DNA of 32,000 bases from Aliivibrio fischeri ES114 (GTDB taxonomy: Bacteria; Pseudomonadota; Gammaproteobacteria; Enterobacterales; Vibrionaceae): NCBI RefSeq assembly GCF_000011805.1, contig NC_006840.2; one strand, written 5' to 3'. Below, in pieces: positions 19,194 to 28,251 of the stretch. Both the position numbers and the translations under genes were made by a program. Each line of letters starts with the position of its first letter. Position 1 is the stretch's first letter. A model generated the notes under the pieces. It saw only the letters and a list, made by a program, of their open reading frames with translations. It was not told the origin of the DNA and did not search any database.

Positions 19194-19664
19194 ATGATCA
19201 CACCATTAGCAGCAGGCTCAACTGCACCCAATGTATCGCTTTTAGATCAAAATGGAGAAAGCGTCTCGATTTCTGATTTTAAAGGTAAGAAAGTACTGTT
19301 TTACTTTTACCCTAAAGCGATGACGCCAGGATGTACCGTTCAAGCTCAAGGTCTTCGTGATATTAAATCAGAACTTGAAGCCCATAACGTAGTTACACTC
19401 GGTGTCAGTATTGACGCTGTAAAACGCCTTGGTAAATTTATCGAGCGTGATAATTTAAATTTCACTCTACTATCAGATGAAGATCATGCCGCAGCAGATG
19501 CATTTGGTGTTTGGGGTGAGAAAAAATTCATGGGTAAAGTGTACGATGGTTTACATCGCATCAGTTTTCTAATTAATGAAGAAGGTGTTATTGAGCACGT
19601 TTTCACTAAATTTAAGACCAAAGATCACCATGAAGTAGTATTAGATTATTTGAATAATAAATAA
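19194..19664 (+). CDS. bcp: Thiol peroxidase Bcp (peroxiredoxin)
   Basis: Contains the FYFYPKAMTPGCT peroxidatic Cys motif. The ORF-track start at 19161 is a GTG. The ATG at 19194 has an AGGAAAG Shine-Dalgarno and gives 156 aa, the same as E. coli Bcp. Confidence 0.92.
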   Translation: MITPLAAGSTAPNVSLLDQNGESVSISDFKGKKVLFYFYPKAMTPGCTVQAQGLRDIKSELEAHNVVTLGVSIDAVKRLGKFIERDNLNFTLLSDEDHAAADAFGVWGEKKFMGKVYDGLHRISFLINEEGVIEHVFTKFKTKDHHEVVLDYLNNK

Positions 19665-19682
19665 TTTAAACTTATAAAAATT

Positions 19683-19712
19683 AAAGGCGATATCACGAGT
19701 ATCGCCTTTTTT
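19683..19712. terminator. Bidirectional rho-independent terminator (bcp / perM)
   Basis: AAAGGCGATA...TATCGCCTTTTTT. Confidence 0.8.
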
Positions 19713-19721
19713 ATTGCCGTA

Positions 19722-20786
19722 TTAATAATTCGCTTCTATTTCTGTTGCAGGAAGCGCTTTCCACACAGCTTTCACTAATGTTGCTAATGGAATTGCAAAA
19801 AACACGCCCCAAAAGCCCCATAATCCACCAAAGACTAAAACAGAAACAATAATAGCCACAGGATGTAAATTAACCGCTTCAGAAAATAAAACGGGAACCA
19901 ACACATTACCATCCAGAGCCTGAATGATGGCATAAGCTAACAATAACCAATAAAAATCTGGCGTTAACCCCCATTGGAATAGAGCAACAATCGCAATAGG
20001 AACCGTTACAGCCGCAGCGCCAATATAAGGAATAAGCACAGAAAACCCCACCATTACGGCCAGTAATAAGGCGTAACGTAAATCCATAATAAAGAAGGTT
20101 AAATAGCTGACAGTCCCTACAATTAAAATTTCGACGACTTTACCTCGAATGTAATTACTTATCTGTTCATTCATCTCCAACCACACTTTCGTCGCCAGAC
20201 GACGATTTTTAGGTAAAAGATTACTCATAGTGCCAACCATCTCATCTTTATCTTTTAATAAGAAAAACACTAGCAGTGGTACAAGAATAAGATAAACACC
20301 AAGCGCTGCTAAACTTACTAATGATGATAGCGAGCCTTTGACTATGCTCTCTCCCATACCAAGTACTTTAACTCGTATTGTTTCTAATAGAGTCTCGATT
20401 GATTGAGGTTGAATAAATTCAGGGTAACGCTCAGGTAAACTTGATAAGAAACTATTTAAGCCATTAAACATGGATGGAACATCATTAATTAAGTTACCTA
20501 CTTGCGTCCAAATAGTCGGAACTAGACCAAAAACAGCCAATAACATGAGACTAATAAACAAGATAATAACCAACATTACTGAGAGTACTCTTGGTAAACC
20601 AATGCGAGTTAGTTTAGCAACAGGCCACTCTAATAAATACGCTAAGACTATGGCAACTAACAATGGCGCAATTAAGTGACCAAAAAAGTAAATAGTAATA
20701 AAGCCAACAATAAGGATAGCAGCCAAACTAACAGCATGAGGATCTGAAAAGCGGCGCTTATACCACTGGGTAACCATATCTAACAT
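19722..20786 (-). CDS. perM: AI-2E family transporter / permease PerM-like
   Basis: 354 aa, about 8 TM helices, AI-2E/UPF0118 topology. Adjacent to bepA, as E. coli perM (yfgO) is. Confidence 0.8.
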   Translation of the reverse strand: MLDMVTQWYKRRFSDPHAVSLAAILIVGFITIYFFGHLIAPLLVAIVLAYLLEWPVAKLTRIGLPRVLSVMLVIILFISLMLLAVFGLVPTIWTQVGNLINDVPSMFNGLNSFLSSLPERYPEFIQPQSIETLLETIRVKVLGMGESIVKGSLSSLVSLAALGVYLILVPLLVFFLLKDKDEMVGTMSNLLPKNRRLATKVWLEMNEQISNYIRGKVVEILIVGTVSYLTFFIMDLRYALLLAVMVGFSVLIPYIGAAAVTVPIAIVALFQWGLTPDFYWLLLAYAIIQALDGNVLVPVLFSEAVNLHPVAIIVSVLVFGGLWGFWGVFFAIPLATLVKAVWKALPATEIEANY

Positions 20787-20794
20787 AACAATTT

Positions 20795-21016
20795 CTACTT
20801 TTTAATTACGGTTAAAAACGAATAAGCATCTGCATGCTCTAGGCGAACTTCAAATAACTGACGTTCAAAATAAGCAATCATATCGGCTAAAGAAGCTTTG
20901 TCGACGACTTTAATTTGTAAGATTTCATTAGTCACCAAAGCCTGACTTGCTCTTTTAGCCAAAAGTAAAGACATTGGGCACCGATGTTGGGTTAAATCAA
21001 GGCTTTGGGTTTCCAT
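20795..21016 (-). CDS. TusA/SirA-like small sulfur-carrier-fold protein
   Basis: 73 aa. LDLTQHRCPMSLLLAKRA resembles the LDxxGxxCPxP motif, but the second Pro is replaced by Ser. Its stop lies 8 nt upstream of the perM start. Confidence 0.55.
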   Translation of the reverse strand: METQSLDLTQHRCPMSLLLAKRASQALVTNEILQIKVVDKASLADMIAYFERQLFEVRLEHADAYSFLTVIKK

Positions 21017-21174
21017 TCCACCACTCTATATATATGATAGATTTCATTTAAGAGTATAAATCACATAATTAATACAAAAAAGAAACCTATTTTAATTTTG
21101 ATACTCTTATTCGACAGGTTTACGTTATCATCAATTAATAGCAAAGTGTTATTAAAAGGATTTGTTAAAAATAC

Positions 21175-22629
21175 ATGTTCAAACTAAAAAAACTGGCCAA
21201 TGGGTTACTTATTGCATCATTACTAACAAGCTCAATTCCGAGTTTTGCAAAAAATGATTTAAATTTACCTGATATTGGTACAACAGCGGCTTCCACCTTA
21301 ACCATAGATCAAGAGTTAATTTATGGTGATGCTTATATGCGTATGCTACGAGCAAGCCAACCTGTTATTAATGATCCAGTTTTAGCTGAATATGTACAAG
21401 ACTTAGGACATCGATTAGTTGCTAATGCCAATGATGTCAAAACGCCTTTTCACTTCTTTTTAATTAATAACAGAGAGATTAATGCATTTGCCTTCTTTGG
21501 TGGTTATGTCGCTCTTCATTCAGGGTTATTTTTGCATGCCCAAACAGAAAGTGAATTAGCTTCTGTTGTTGCTCACGAAATTGCACACATTACTCAACGC
21601 CACTTAGCTCGTAGTATGGAAGAACAAGCTCGTCGCTCTCCAGCCACAGTCGCTGCTTTAGTTGGTTCATTATTACTTGCTATTGCTGCACCAGAAGCAG
21701 GGATTGCAGCTATTCACGCCACTACAGCAGGAGCGATGCAAAGCTCAATAAACTATACTCGAAGCAACGAAAAAGAAGCTGACCGATTTGGTATTGATAC
21801 GCTTGCAAAATCAGGGTTTGACGTCTCTGCTATGCCTCGATTTTTTTCTCGTTTAGCAGACCAATATCGCTACGCAAGTACACCACCAGCAATGCTATTA
21901 ACTCACCCATTACCAACATCTCGTATTACCGATAGTCGAGAACGAGCACAGCAATATCCAATGAGACGAGTTGATACCTCATTACGTTACCATCTTGCAC
22001 GTTCACGTATTGTTGCTCGATTTGCAGGTATTGATAGCAGTGCGGCCTTGGATTGGTTCGCTCGAAAATCCAAAACACACAATACCGACATAAAACAAGC
22101 ATTAGAATATGGAAAAGTCTTGGTTTACATCGATTCAAAACAATACGACAAAGCGCAGCCATTAATAAATAAATTACTAAAAAATGATCCTTTAAATACG
22201 TTTTATATAGACGCGGCAACAGACTTAGATCTGTATACGAAGAAAAATGAACAAGCTCTAAAACGTTTAAAAGATGGGTTGGTACAACTTCCTAATAATC
22301 CAGTACTAACTATTAATTATGCACATGCATTAACAGAATCTAATAAACCTTCTGAAGCGGTGCGTGTATTACAACGCTATACACATGACCACCCAGATGA
22401 CCCCACTGGATGGCAACTCCTTGCTAAGGCTTATCATGACAATGGTAGCTCTGATGGGGAACTCGCAGCTCGTGCTGAAGTATACGCTTTAAAAGGCATG
22501 TGGAACAAAGCATTAAATAATTATACTCAAGCTAGCCAACTGGTTGAGTATGGTAGTTTAGATCAAGCTAGATACGACGCAAGAATCGATCAGCTTCGTT
22601 TATCAAGAGAGCGTTTTAGCGCCTTATAA
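21175..22629 (+). CDS. bepA: Periplasmic M48 metalloprotease/chaperone BepA (YfgC)
   Basis: 484 aa with a signal peptide, an HEIAH zinc motif and a C-terminal TPR region. Confidence 0.9.
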   Translation: MFKLKKLANGLLIASLLTSSIPSFAKNDLNLPDIGTTAASTLTIDQELIYGDAYMRMLRASQPVINDPVLAEYVQDLGHRLVANANDVKTPFHFFLINNREINAFAFFGGYVALHSGLFLHAQTESELASVVAHEIAHITQRHLARSMEEQARRSPATVAALVGSLLLAIAAPEAGIAAIHATTAGAMQSSINYTRSNEKEADRFGIDTLAKSGFDVSAMPRFFSRLADQYRYASTPPAMLLTHPLPTSRITDSRERAQQYPMRRVDTSLRYHLARSRIVARFAGIDSSAALDWFARKSKTHNTDIKQALEYGKVLVYIDSKQYDKAQPLINKLLKNDPLNTFYIDAATDLDLYTKKNEQALKRLKDGLVQLPNNPVLTINYAHALTESNKPSEAVRVLQRYTHDHPDDPTGWQLLAKAYHDNGSSDGELAARAEVYALKGMWNKALNNYTQASQLVEYGSLDQARYDARIDQLRLSRERFSAL

Positions 22630-22644
22630 TAGAAAGGAAAGTAT

Positions 22645-22995
22645 ATGTCTGTTGTTATTTATCATAACCCTCGTTGCTCAAAAAGCCGCGAAACCTTATC
22701 TCTTCTAGAAGAAAAAGGGATCACGCCAAAAATCGTAAAATACTTAGATGAAACACCAAGTATCGACACATTAAAAACGATTTTCGCTCAGCTAGGTTTT
22801 AGTTCTGTTCGCGATATGATGCGCACAAAAGAAGCGGAATACAAAGAGCAAGGTTTAGCAGAAGCATCGATTACTGATGAGCAATTATTCGAAGCTATGG
22901 TGGCAACACCAAAACTCATTGAACGTCCAATTGTTACAAACAACAGTCAAGCAAGAATTGGACGCCCACCAGAGCAAGTGCTAGAGATTTTATAA
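22645..22995 (+). CDS. arsC: ArsC-family (glutaredoxin-type arsenate reductase-like) protein, YfgD-like
   Basis: 116 aa with the IYHNPRCSKSR catalytic Cys motif. Follows bepA, as yfgD does in E. coli. Confidence 0.85.
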   Translation: MSVVIYHNPRCSKSRETLSLLEEKGITPKIVKYLDETPSIDTLKTIFAQLGFSSVRDMMRTKEAEYKEQGLAEASITDEQLFEAMVATPKLIERPIVTNNSQARIGRPPEQVLEIL

Positions 22996-23002
22996 GGAAT
23001 AC

Positions 23003-23038
23003 CAACCTAAGTAAGTAGCCACACACTTACTTAGGTTG
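23003..23038. other. Perfect 14-bp inverted repeat (stem-loop) without a U-tract
   Basis: CAACCTAAGTAAGT / AGCCACAC / ACTTACTTAGGTTG, located between arsC and the DUF2069 gene. Confidence 0.5.
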
Positions 23039-23053
23039 ACATAAAAACAAGGA

Positions 23054-23488
23054 ATGAACATGGAATCAGTTGCAATGAGCGCAGAGACTAAGCGCTACCG
23101 TTTACTTGCTTTATTTTGTAATTTATCTCTACTTGGCTTTATTATCCTTTGGCATAGTCTACTTTCACCGCACCCTTTAATTAACTCATATGGCGTTACG
23201 ATTGCTTGGGTCATTCCCATGCTATTCCCATTAAAAGGAATCATTGAAGGAAAGCCTTACACACATGCTTGGGCGAACTTTATTTTAATGTTCTATTTCC
23301 TACATGCGTTAACAATCTTATGGCTAGACGAAGGGGAACGCTACCTAGCGGCTATTGAATTGGTTTTAACCACAGGAGCCTTCTTAGGCAATATTTACTA
23401 CGCTCGTCTAAGAGGCAAAGAATTAGGGTTAAAACTTAAACGGTTATCTGAAGTCGAAAAGCTAGAGAAAGAAAAGTTCACAGAATGA
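23054..23488 (+). CDS. DUF2069-like membrane protein
   Basis: About 4 TM helices. The AAGGA Shine-Dalgarno is better spaced for the ATG at 23060 than for 23054. Confidence 0.6.
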   Translation: MNMESVAMSAETKRYRLLALFCNLSLLGFIILWHSLLSPHPLINSYGVTIAWVIPMLFPLKGIIEGKPYTHAWANFILMFYFLHALTILWLDEGERYLAAIELVLTTGAFLGNIYYARLRGKELGLKLKRLSEVEKLEKEKFTE

Positions 23489-23523
23489 GACCAATCACAG
23501 TAAGAGATCAGAGATAGCGAAAG

Positions 23524-23553
23524 AAAAAAGGTGACTATGCAGTCACCTTTTTT
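23524..23553. terminator. Bidirectional rho-independent terminator
   Basis: AAAAAAGGTGACT / ATGC / AGTCACCTTTTTT. Confidence 0.85.
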
Positions 23554-23563
23554 ATCATCAATA

Positions 23564-24742
23564 TTATTTGCTACTCAATTGATAAGCATGAATAACAGGC
23601 ATTGTTTCTTCTGATTGTTCAGTTGTTTCAGATTCTTCAATAATAGGCTCTTCCATTGTTTGCTCTTCAGCAACAGGAGTAACTTGCTCTATTGCAGCAT
23701 CATTAACATCAAGCTCTGAATTTTCAATCGCTTTATCTTCTTCAATTACTTCAGGGATAAGGGAAAGCGCTTTATTTTTGCTTAGCAGCTCTTGGTTAAA
23801 TTGCTCAAAATCACCAAGTAAGTTTAGTGTGTAAGTCACTTTATTGCCTTGAATCGTATCAACTTGAACACTTGCAACTGAATTTAATTGCTTAAGTTGT
23901 TTTTCAATCGTAAAGAATGCTCGTGTTGAATGAACTCCTTCAATTGAAATCATCTCAGACTGACTAACTACAGCCCCTAAATTTTTAGTGTATTTCTTGG
24001 CAAAGTAATCACTAACATTATTTACCATATCAGCAAGTTGAACCGCTCCAGATTCTCGACCTTCTAACGGTTTTGTTGATGTCGTAGGCAAATATTGTGG
24101 CGTAGTATCAAATAATGTCCAAGATGAACTATTACCGCGCACTTTTACCACAAGAATAGCTTGAGGGTTATAACGTTCACTTGCATCAGCAATCGGCTTT
24201 TTAAAGTTACCCCATAAGTCTGGAATTTCAATTGATGTTACATCATCAAAATCACCAACAGGGAACATAACAGGCAATCCACGCTCATTTGCCGCTTCTT
24301 TAATTCGTGTAATTAACGAATTATTTGATTGCTCCCAAATGATGCTTCTTTGATAGTTATATTCATTAACAATCCAAACCAATACCGACTTACGAGGCGT
24401 TTCCCAAATACTTTGCTCAGATTGAGTCAGTAGGTTAAGTACCATTTTAGAATTATAACCAAGCTTCATAGCACGAGGGGCATTGTCATATTCAACAAAA
24501 CTCATTTGTGTTACGTAGCGATCACTTTGTGTTAGCGCTTTTTTTATCACCTCATTTCGAGCAATATCAGTTTGCCCTGATACCTTGATAAGCACATTCA
24601 CTAAACCTTCTTGTTTAGCAATATTTTCAGCTTTATCAGATCCTGTTAATTGCACTTCAGTATGATAAAGATCGTTTTGCTGTTGAGCAAAAACCGGTCC
24701 TACAACCATACACATTAATAAACACAAAATACGTAACATCAA
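23564..24742 (-). CDS. DUF2066-like secreted protein with acidic C-terminal tail
   Basis: 392 aa with a signal peptide (VGPVFA|QQ). The last 70 aa or so are E/I/T-rich. From memory, this family commonly sits near purM/hda. Confidence 0.65.
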   Translation of the reverse strand: MMLRILCLLMCMVVGPVFAQQQNDLYHTEVQLTGSDKAENIAKQEGLVNVLIKVSGQTDIARNEVIKKALTQSDRYVTQMSFVEYDNAPRAMKLGYNSKMVLNLLTQSEQSIWETPRKSVLVWIVNEYNYQRSIIWEQSNNSLITRIKEAANERGLPVMFPVGDFDDVTSIEIPDLWGNFKKPIADASERYNPQAILVVKVRGNSSSWTLFDTTPQYLPTTSTKPLEGRESGAVQLADMVNNVSDYFAKKYTKNLGAVVSQSEMISIEGVHSTRAFFTIEKQLKQLNSVASVQVDTIQGNKVTYTLNLLGDFEQFNQELLSKNKALSLIPEVIEEDKAIENSELDVNDAAIEQVTPVAEEQTMEEPIIEESETTEQSEETMPVIHAYQLSSK

Positions 24743-24939
24743 ACAACCTATAATTACTTTTATAATTTACCGCCGATAATAAGGGCTATCCCTTTATTCA
24801 GCAAGGAATTGAATTGACCAAGATCTAAATTTCATACCATTAGAGAGCAACTTTTATAAAAAGTTTTATTTTTTCACGACCGAAATCAAGATATTTTTAT
24901 TTCTAATAATGATAGAATCCCTCAAATTCACTACTGGAA

Positions 24940-26196
24940 ATGGAAATGCTTTATAATTTATTTCAGGGATTTCAAATGCTATTTGTTGCATTTGGTGCAC
25001 TTGTACTTGTCCCCCTCCTTACTGGCCTAGATCCCAATGTTGCTCTGTTTGGTGCTGGTGTCGGTACCCTACTCTTTCAATTAGTTACACGTCGTTCTGT
25101 TCCTATCTTCCTCGCTTCTTCCTTTGCTTTTATCGCTCCAATTATCTACGGAACCCAAACATGGGGGATCCCTGCTACAATGGGTGGCCTAATGGTTGCA
25201 GGTTTAGTTTATGTCGCTTTGGGCGCTGTAATTAAAGTAAGAGGTGTGGCTTTTATCCATAAGTTACTGCCACCAGTTGTTGTTGGCCCAGTTATTATGG
25301 TAATTGGTTTAGGATTAGCACCAACAGCTGTAAATATGGCACTAGGTAAAACAGGCGATGGTGCTTATCAACTTGTTGATGGTCAATTAGCGATGTGGAT
25401 TGCTGCGGCTTCATTATTTACTACGATTGCCGTTAGTGTTTTTGCAAAAGGTTTCTTTAAGCTTCTTCCAATTATTTCAGGCATCATAGTTGGCTACTCT
25501 CTTAGCCTTATCTTTGGTGTTGTTGATTTTACCCCAGTTCATCAAGCCGCTTGGTTTGCACTACCAAACTTCACTTTCCCTGAGTTCAACATTAATGCGA
25601 TTCTGTTTATGATCCCAGTTGCAATTGCACCTGCTGTTGAACACGTTGGTGACATGCTTGCAATTTCAAACGTGACAGGGAAAGATTACCTTAAAAAACC
25701 AGGGTTACACCGCACTATCACAGGCGACGGTATTGCAACAATGGCCGCTTCTTTCATTGGTGCGCCACCAAATACAACATACAGTGAAGTGACCGGCGCC
25801 GTAATGCTGACTAAAGCTTTTAACCCTGTAATCATGACATGGGCAGCTGTGTGCGCCATTGTTCTTGCGTTAGTTGGTAAATTAGGTGCAATGCTACAAA
25901 CCATTCCAGTTCCTGTGATGGGTGGAATTATGATCTTATTATTTGGTTCTATTGCAACAGTAGGTCTAAATACGTTGATTAAAAACCAAGTTGACTTGCA
26001 TAAGGCTCGTAATCTTACGATTGTTGGTGTAACGCTTGTTTTCGGTATTGGTGGTATGGCAGTAGGTATTGGTGACTTCAATCTTCAAGGTGTAAGTCTT
26101 TGCGGTATCGTTGCTATTACTCTGAACTTAATTCTTCCAAATGACTTAGGTGAAAGCCACGTTGTTGATAATGCACAAATGGAAGAAGATAAATAG
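24940..26196 (+). CDS. uraA: Uracil permease (NCS2 family; UraA/PyrP-like)
   Basis: 418 aa. NCS2 motifs are present (LPPVVVGPVIMVIGLGL, PNTTYSEVTG) and the sequence is collinear with E. coli UraA. Confidence 0.9.
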   Translation: MEMLYNLFQGFQMLFVAFGALVLVPLLTGLDPNVALFGAGVGTLLFQLVTRRSVPIFLASSFAFIAPIIYGTQTWGIPATMGGLMVAGLVYVALGAVIKVRGVAFIHKLLPPVVVGPVIMVIGLGLAPTAVNMALGKTGDGAYQLVDGQLAMWIAAASLFTTIAVSVFAKGFFKLLPIISGIIVGYSLSLIFGVVDFTPVHQAAWFALPNFTFPEFNINAILFMIPVAIAPAVEHVGDMLAISNVTGKDYLKKPGLHRTITGDGIATMAASFIGAPPNTTYSEVTGAVMLTKAFNPVIMTWAAVCAIVLALVGKLGAMLQTIPVPVMGGIMILLFGSIATVGLNTLIKNQVDLHKARNLTIVGVTLVFGIGGMAVGIGDFNLQGVSLCGIVAITLNLILPNDLGESHVVDNAQMEEDK

Positions 26197-26221
26197 ATTA
26201 AGGGGTTAGGGTCTAGATAAT

Positions 26222-26258
26222 AAAAAGGCTTGATGATTAATTCATCAAGCCTTTTTTT
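26222..26258. terminator. Bidirectional rho-independent terminator (uraA / upp)
   Basis: AAAAAGGCTTGATGA...TCATCAAGCCTTTTTTT. Confidence 0.85.
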
Positions 26259-26287
26259 AATTCTTCATTTCTAGTTTCTAAACTAAA

Positions 26288-26914
26288 TTATTTAGTACCG
26301 AAGATCTTATCACCCGCATCGCCTAGACCAGGTACGATGTAACCTTTGTCATTTAGCTTCTCATCAATAGCGGCGGTGTAAAGCTCTACATCTGGGTGCG
26401 CTTTTTCTAATGCTTCAATACCTTCTGGAGCAGCAACAAGCACAAGAACTTTAAAGTGCTTACAACCTTTCTCCTTAAGAAGATCCAGAGTTGCAATCAT
26501 AGAACCGCCAGTTGCTAACATTGGGTCAACAACAAGAGCAATACGCTCATCGATGTTAGAAGCCAATTTGTTGAAGTATGGTACAGGTTCTAGTGTTTCT
26601 TCGTCACGGTAAATACCAACAACACTGATACGTGCGCTTGGGATATGCTCAAGAACACCATCCATCATACCAAGACCAGCACGAAGAATTGGAACAACAG
26701 TTACTTTTTTACCTTTAATTTGGTCAACTTCAACAGGGCCATTCCAGCCGTTGATAGTTACTTTTTCTGTTTCAAAATCTGATGTTGCTTCATAAGTAAG
26801 TAGGCTACCTACTTCCGTTGCTAATTCACGGAAACGTTTAGTACTGATCTCGCCTTCGCGCATTAAACCAATTTTATGTTTTATTAGCGGGTGTTTTACT
26901 TCAACAACTTTCAT
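26288..26914 (-). CDS. upp: Uracil phosphoribosyltransferase
   Basis: The ATG at 26914 gives a 208-aa protein, [14 protein letters not shown]..., near-identical in pattern to E. coli Upp (208 aa). A GGAG Shine-Dalgarno lies upstream. The ORF-track start at 26932 adds 6 codons. Confidence 0.97.
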   Translation of the reverse strand: MKVVEVKHPLIKHKIGLMREGEISTKRFRELATEVGSLLTYEATSDFETEKVTINGWNGPVEVDQIKGKKVTVVPILRAGLGMMDGVLEHIPSARISVVGIYRDEETLEPVPYFNKLASNIDERIALVVDPMLATGGSMIATLDLLKEKGCKHFKVLVLVAAPEGIEALEKAHPDVELYTAAIDEKLNDKGYIVPGLGDAGDKIFGTK

Positions 26915-27059
26915 TTCTGACTCCAGATACATTAATCAAACCTTCTAATTATACATACTTTTTCATTAAAAAATTAAGTTATATGAAAATAATTCACTAG
27001 TATTGAAATCGTTTACCGAGTTTATTATTTTTTATTACAAAAATTATGCAAAATTCCTT

Positions 27060-27075
27060 ACGCAAACGTTTCCCT
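27060..27075. promoter_or_regulatory. PurR operator (PUR box) upstream of purM
   Basis: ACGCAAACGTTTCCCT. The core GCAAACGTTTCC matches the palindromic PurR core GCAAACGTTTGC at 11 of 12 positions. It lies 65-80 bp upstream of the purM start. Confidence 0.7.
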
Positions 27076-27088
27076 TTTTACATTGTGC

Positions 27089-27097
27089 TGTTAGAAT
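27089..27097 (+). promoter_or_regulatory. Extended -10-like element for purM
   Basis: TGtTAGAAT lies just downstream of the PUR box, so the operator would cover the -35 region. Confidence 0.35.
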
Positions 27098-27139
27098 GGC
27101 GCGGATTTTTGAAATCCAACCTATGGCGAGGACACCTCC

Positions 27140-28180
27140 GTGAGCGACAACAAAACTTCTCTTAGCTACAAAGATGCTGGCGTAGACATTGATGCTGGTA
27201 ATGCACTTGTTGATCGAATTAAAGGCGTAGTAAAACGCACTCGTCGTCCAGAAGTAATGGGCGGCATTGGTGGTTTTGGTGCGTTATGTGAACTTCCGAC
27301 GAAATACAAGCAACCACTTTTAGTTTCTGGTACTGATGGCGTAGGTACAAAACTTCGTCTAGCACTCGATTTAAATAAGCACGATACCATTGGTATTGAC
27401 TTAGTTGCTATGTGTGTAAATGACCTAATTGTTCAAGGTGCTGAGCCACTTTTCTTCCTTGATTACTATGCAACAGGCAAACTTGATGTTGATGTTGCTG
27501 CTGAAGTAGTTACAGGCATTGGTGAAGGCTGTATTCAAGCCGGTTGTGCATTGATTGGTGGTGAAACCGCTGAAATGCCAGGTATGTATGAAGGCGAAGA
27601 TTACGATGTTGCTGGCTTCTGTGTTGGTGTTGTAGAAAAAGAAGACGTTATTGACGGAACTAAAGTTGCCGCTGGTGACGCTCTTATCGCTGTAGGTTCA
27701 AGTGGCCCACACTCAAACGGTTACTCATTAATTCGTAAGATCCTTGAAGTATCAAACGCTGATCTTAACGAAGAGTTAAATGGAAAAACTATTGCTGCTC
27801 ACCTAATTGAACCAACGAAAATCTATATTAAATCAGCGCTTAAGATGATTGCTGAGCATGATATTCATGCTATCTCACACATCACTGGCGGTGGTTTCTG
27901 GGAAAATATTCCACGCGTTTTACCACAAGGCACAAAAGCTGTCGTAGATGGTAGCAGTTGGGAATGGCCTGCTATTTTCAACTGGTTACAAGAAAAAGGT
28001 AACGTTGATACCTACGAAATGTACCGCACTTTCAACTGTGGTGTAGGTCTTGTTGTTGCACTTCCAAAAGAGCAAGCTGAACAAGCGGTTGCTTTATTAA
28101 ATGCTGAAGGCGAAAACGCTTGGGTTATCGGCGAAATTGCAGCAGCAGAGCAAGGCGAAGAACAAGTAGAGATCCGTTAA
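27140..28180 (+). CDS. purM: Phosphoribosylformylglycinamidine cyclo-ligase (AIR synthetase)
   Basis: 346 aa with a GTG start. [18 protein letters not shown]... is collinear with E. coli PurM. Confidence 0.97.
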   Translation: MSDNKTSLSYKDAGVDIDAGNALVDRIKGVVKRTRRPEVMGGIGGFGALCELPTKYKQPLLVSGTDGVGTKLRLALDLNKHDTIGIDLVAMCVNDLIVQGAEPLFFLDYYATGKLDVDVAAEVVTGIGEGCIQAGCALIGGETAEMPGMYEGEDYDVAGFCVGVVEKEDVIDGTKVAAGDALIAVGSSGPHSNGYSLIRKILEVSNADLNEELNGKTIAAHLIEPTKIYIKSALKMIAEHDIHAISHITGGGFWENIPRVLPQGTKAVVDGSSWEWPAIFNWLQEKGNVDTYEMYRTFNCGVGLVVALPKEQAEQAVALLNAEGENAWVIGEIAAAEQGEEQVEIR

Positions 28181-28220
28181 TCGTTCTTTAAACTTTGACT
28201 TAGTTCATAAAGAAAAAATA

Positions 28221-28251
28221 AAAGGTGATCATTTAATCGATCACCTTTTTT
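28221..28251 (+). terminator. Rho-independent terminator-like hairpin between purM and purN
   Basis: AAAGGTGATC / ATTTAATC / GATCACCTTT followed by TTT, giving a T6 run overall. Located 41 nt after the purM stop. Confidence 0.65.

Noticed and set aside
25686-26081. 131-aa minus-strand ORF opposite uraA
   Set aside because: It is a shadow frame of a membrane-protein gene. Its Pro/Thr/Ile-rich composition mirrors the uraA codons.
26915-26960. Possible UTP-sensitive reiterative-transcription T-run in the upp leader, as at E. coli upp
   Set aside because: A good minus-strand TATAAT lies at 26948-26953. However, the initially transcribed region has only GGTTTG (three Ts), not the long T tract of E. 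coli upp. The evidence is insufficient.
27003-27018. Second PurR-like sequence TTGAAATCGTTTACCG nearer to upp
   Set aside because: It matches the PUR box at only about 9 of 16 positions, and I recall no PurR control of upp. It is likely chance in AT-rich DNA.
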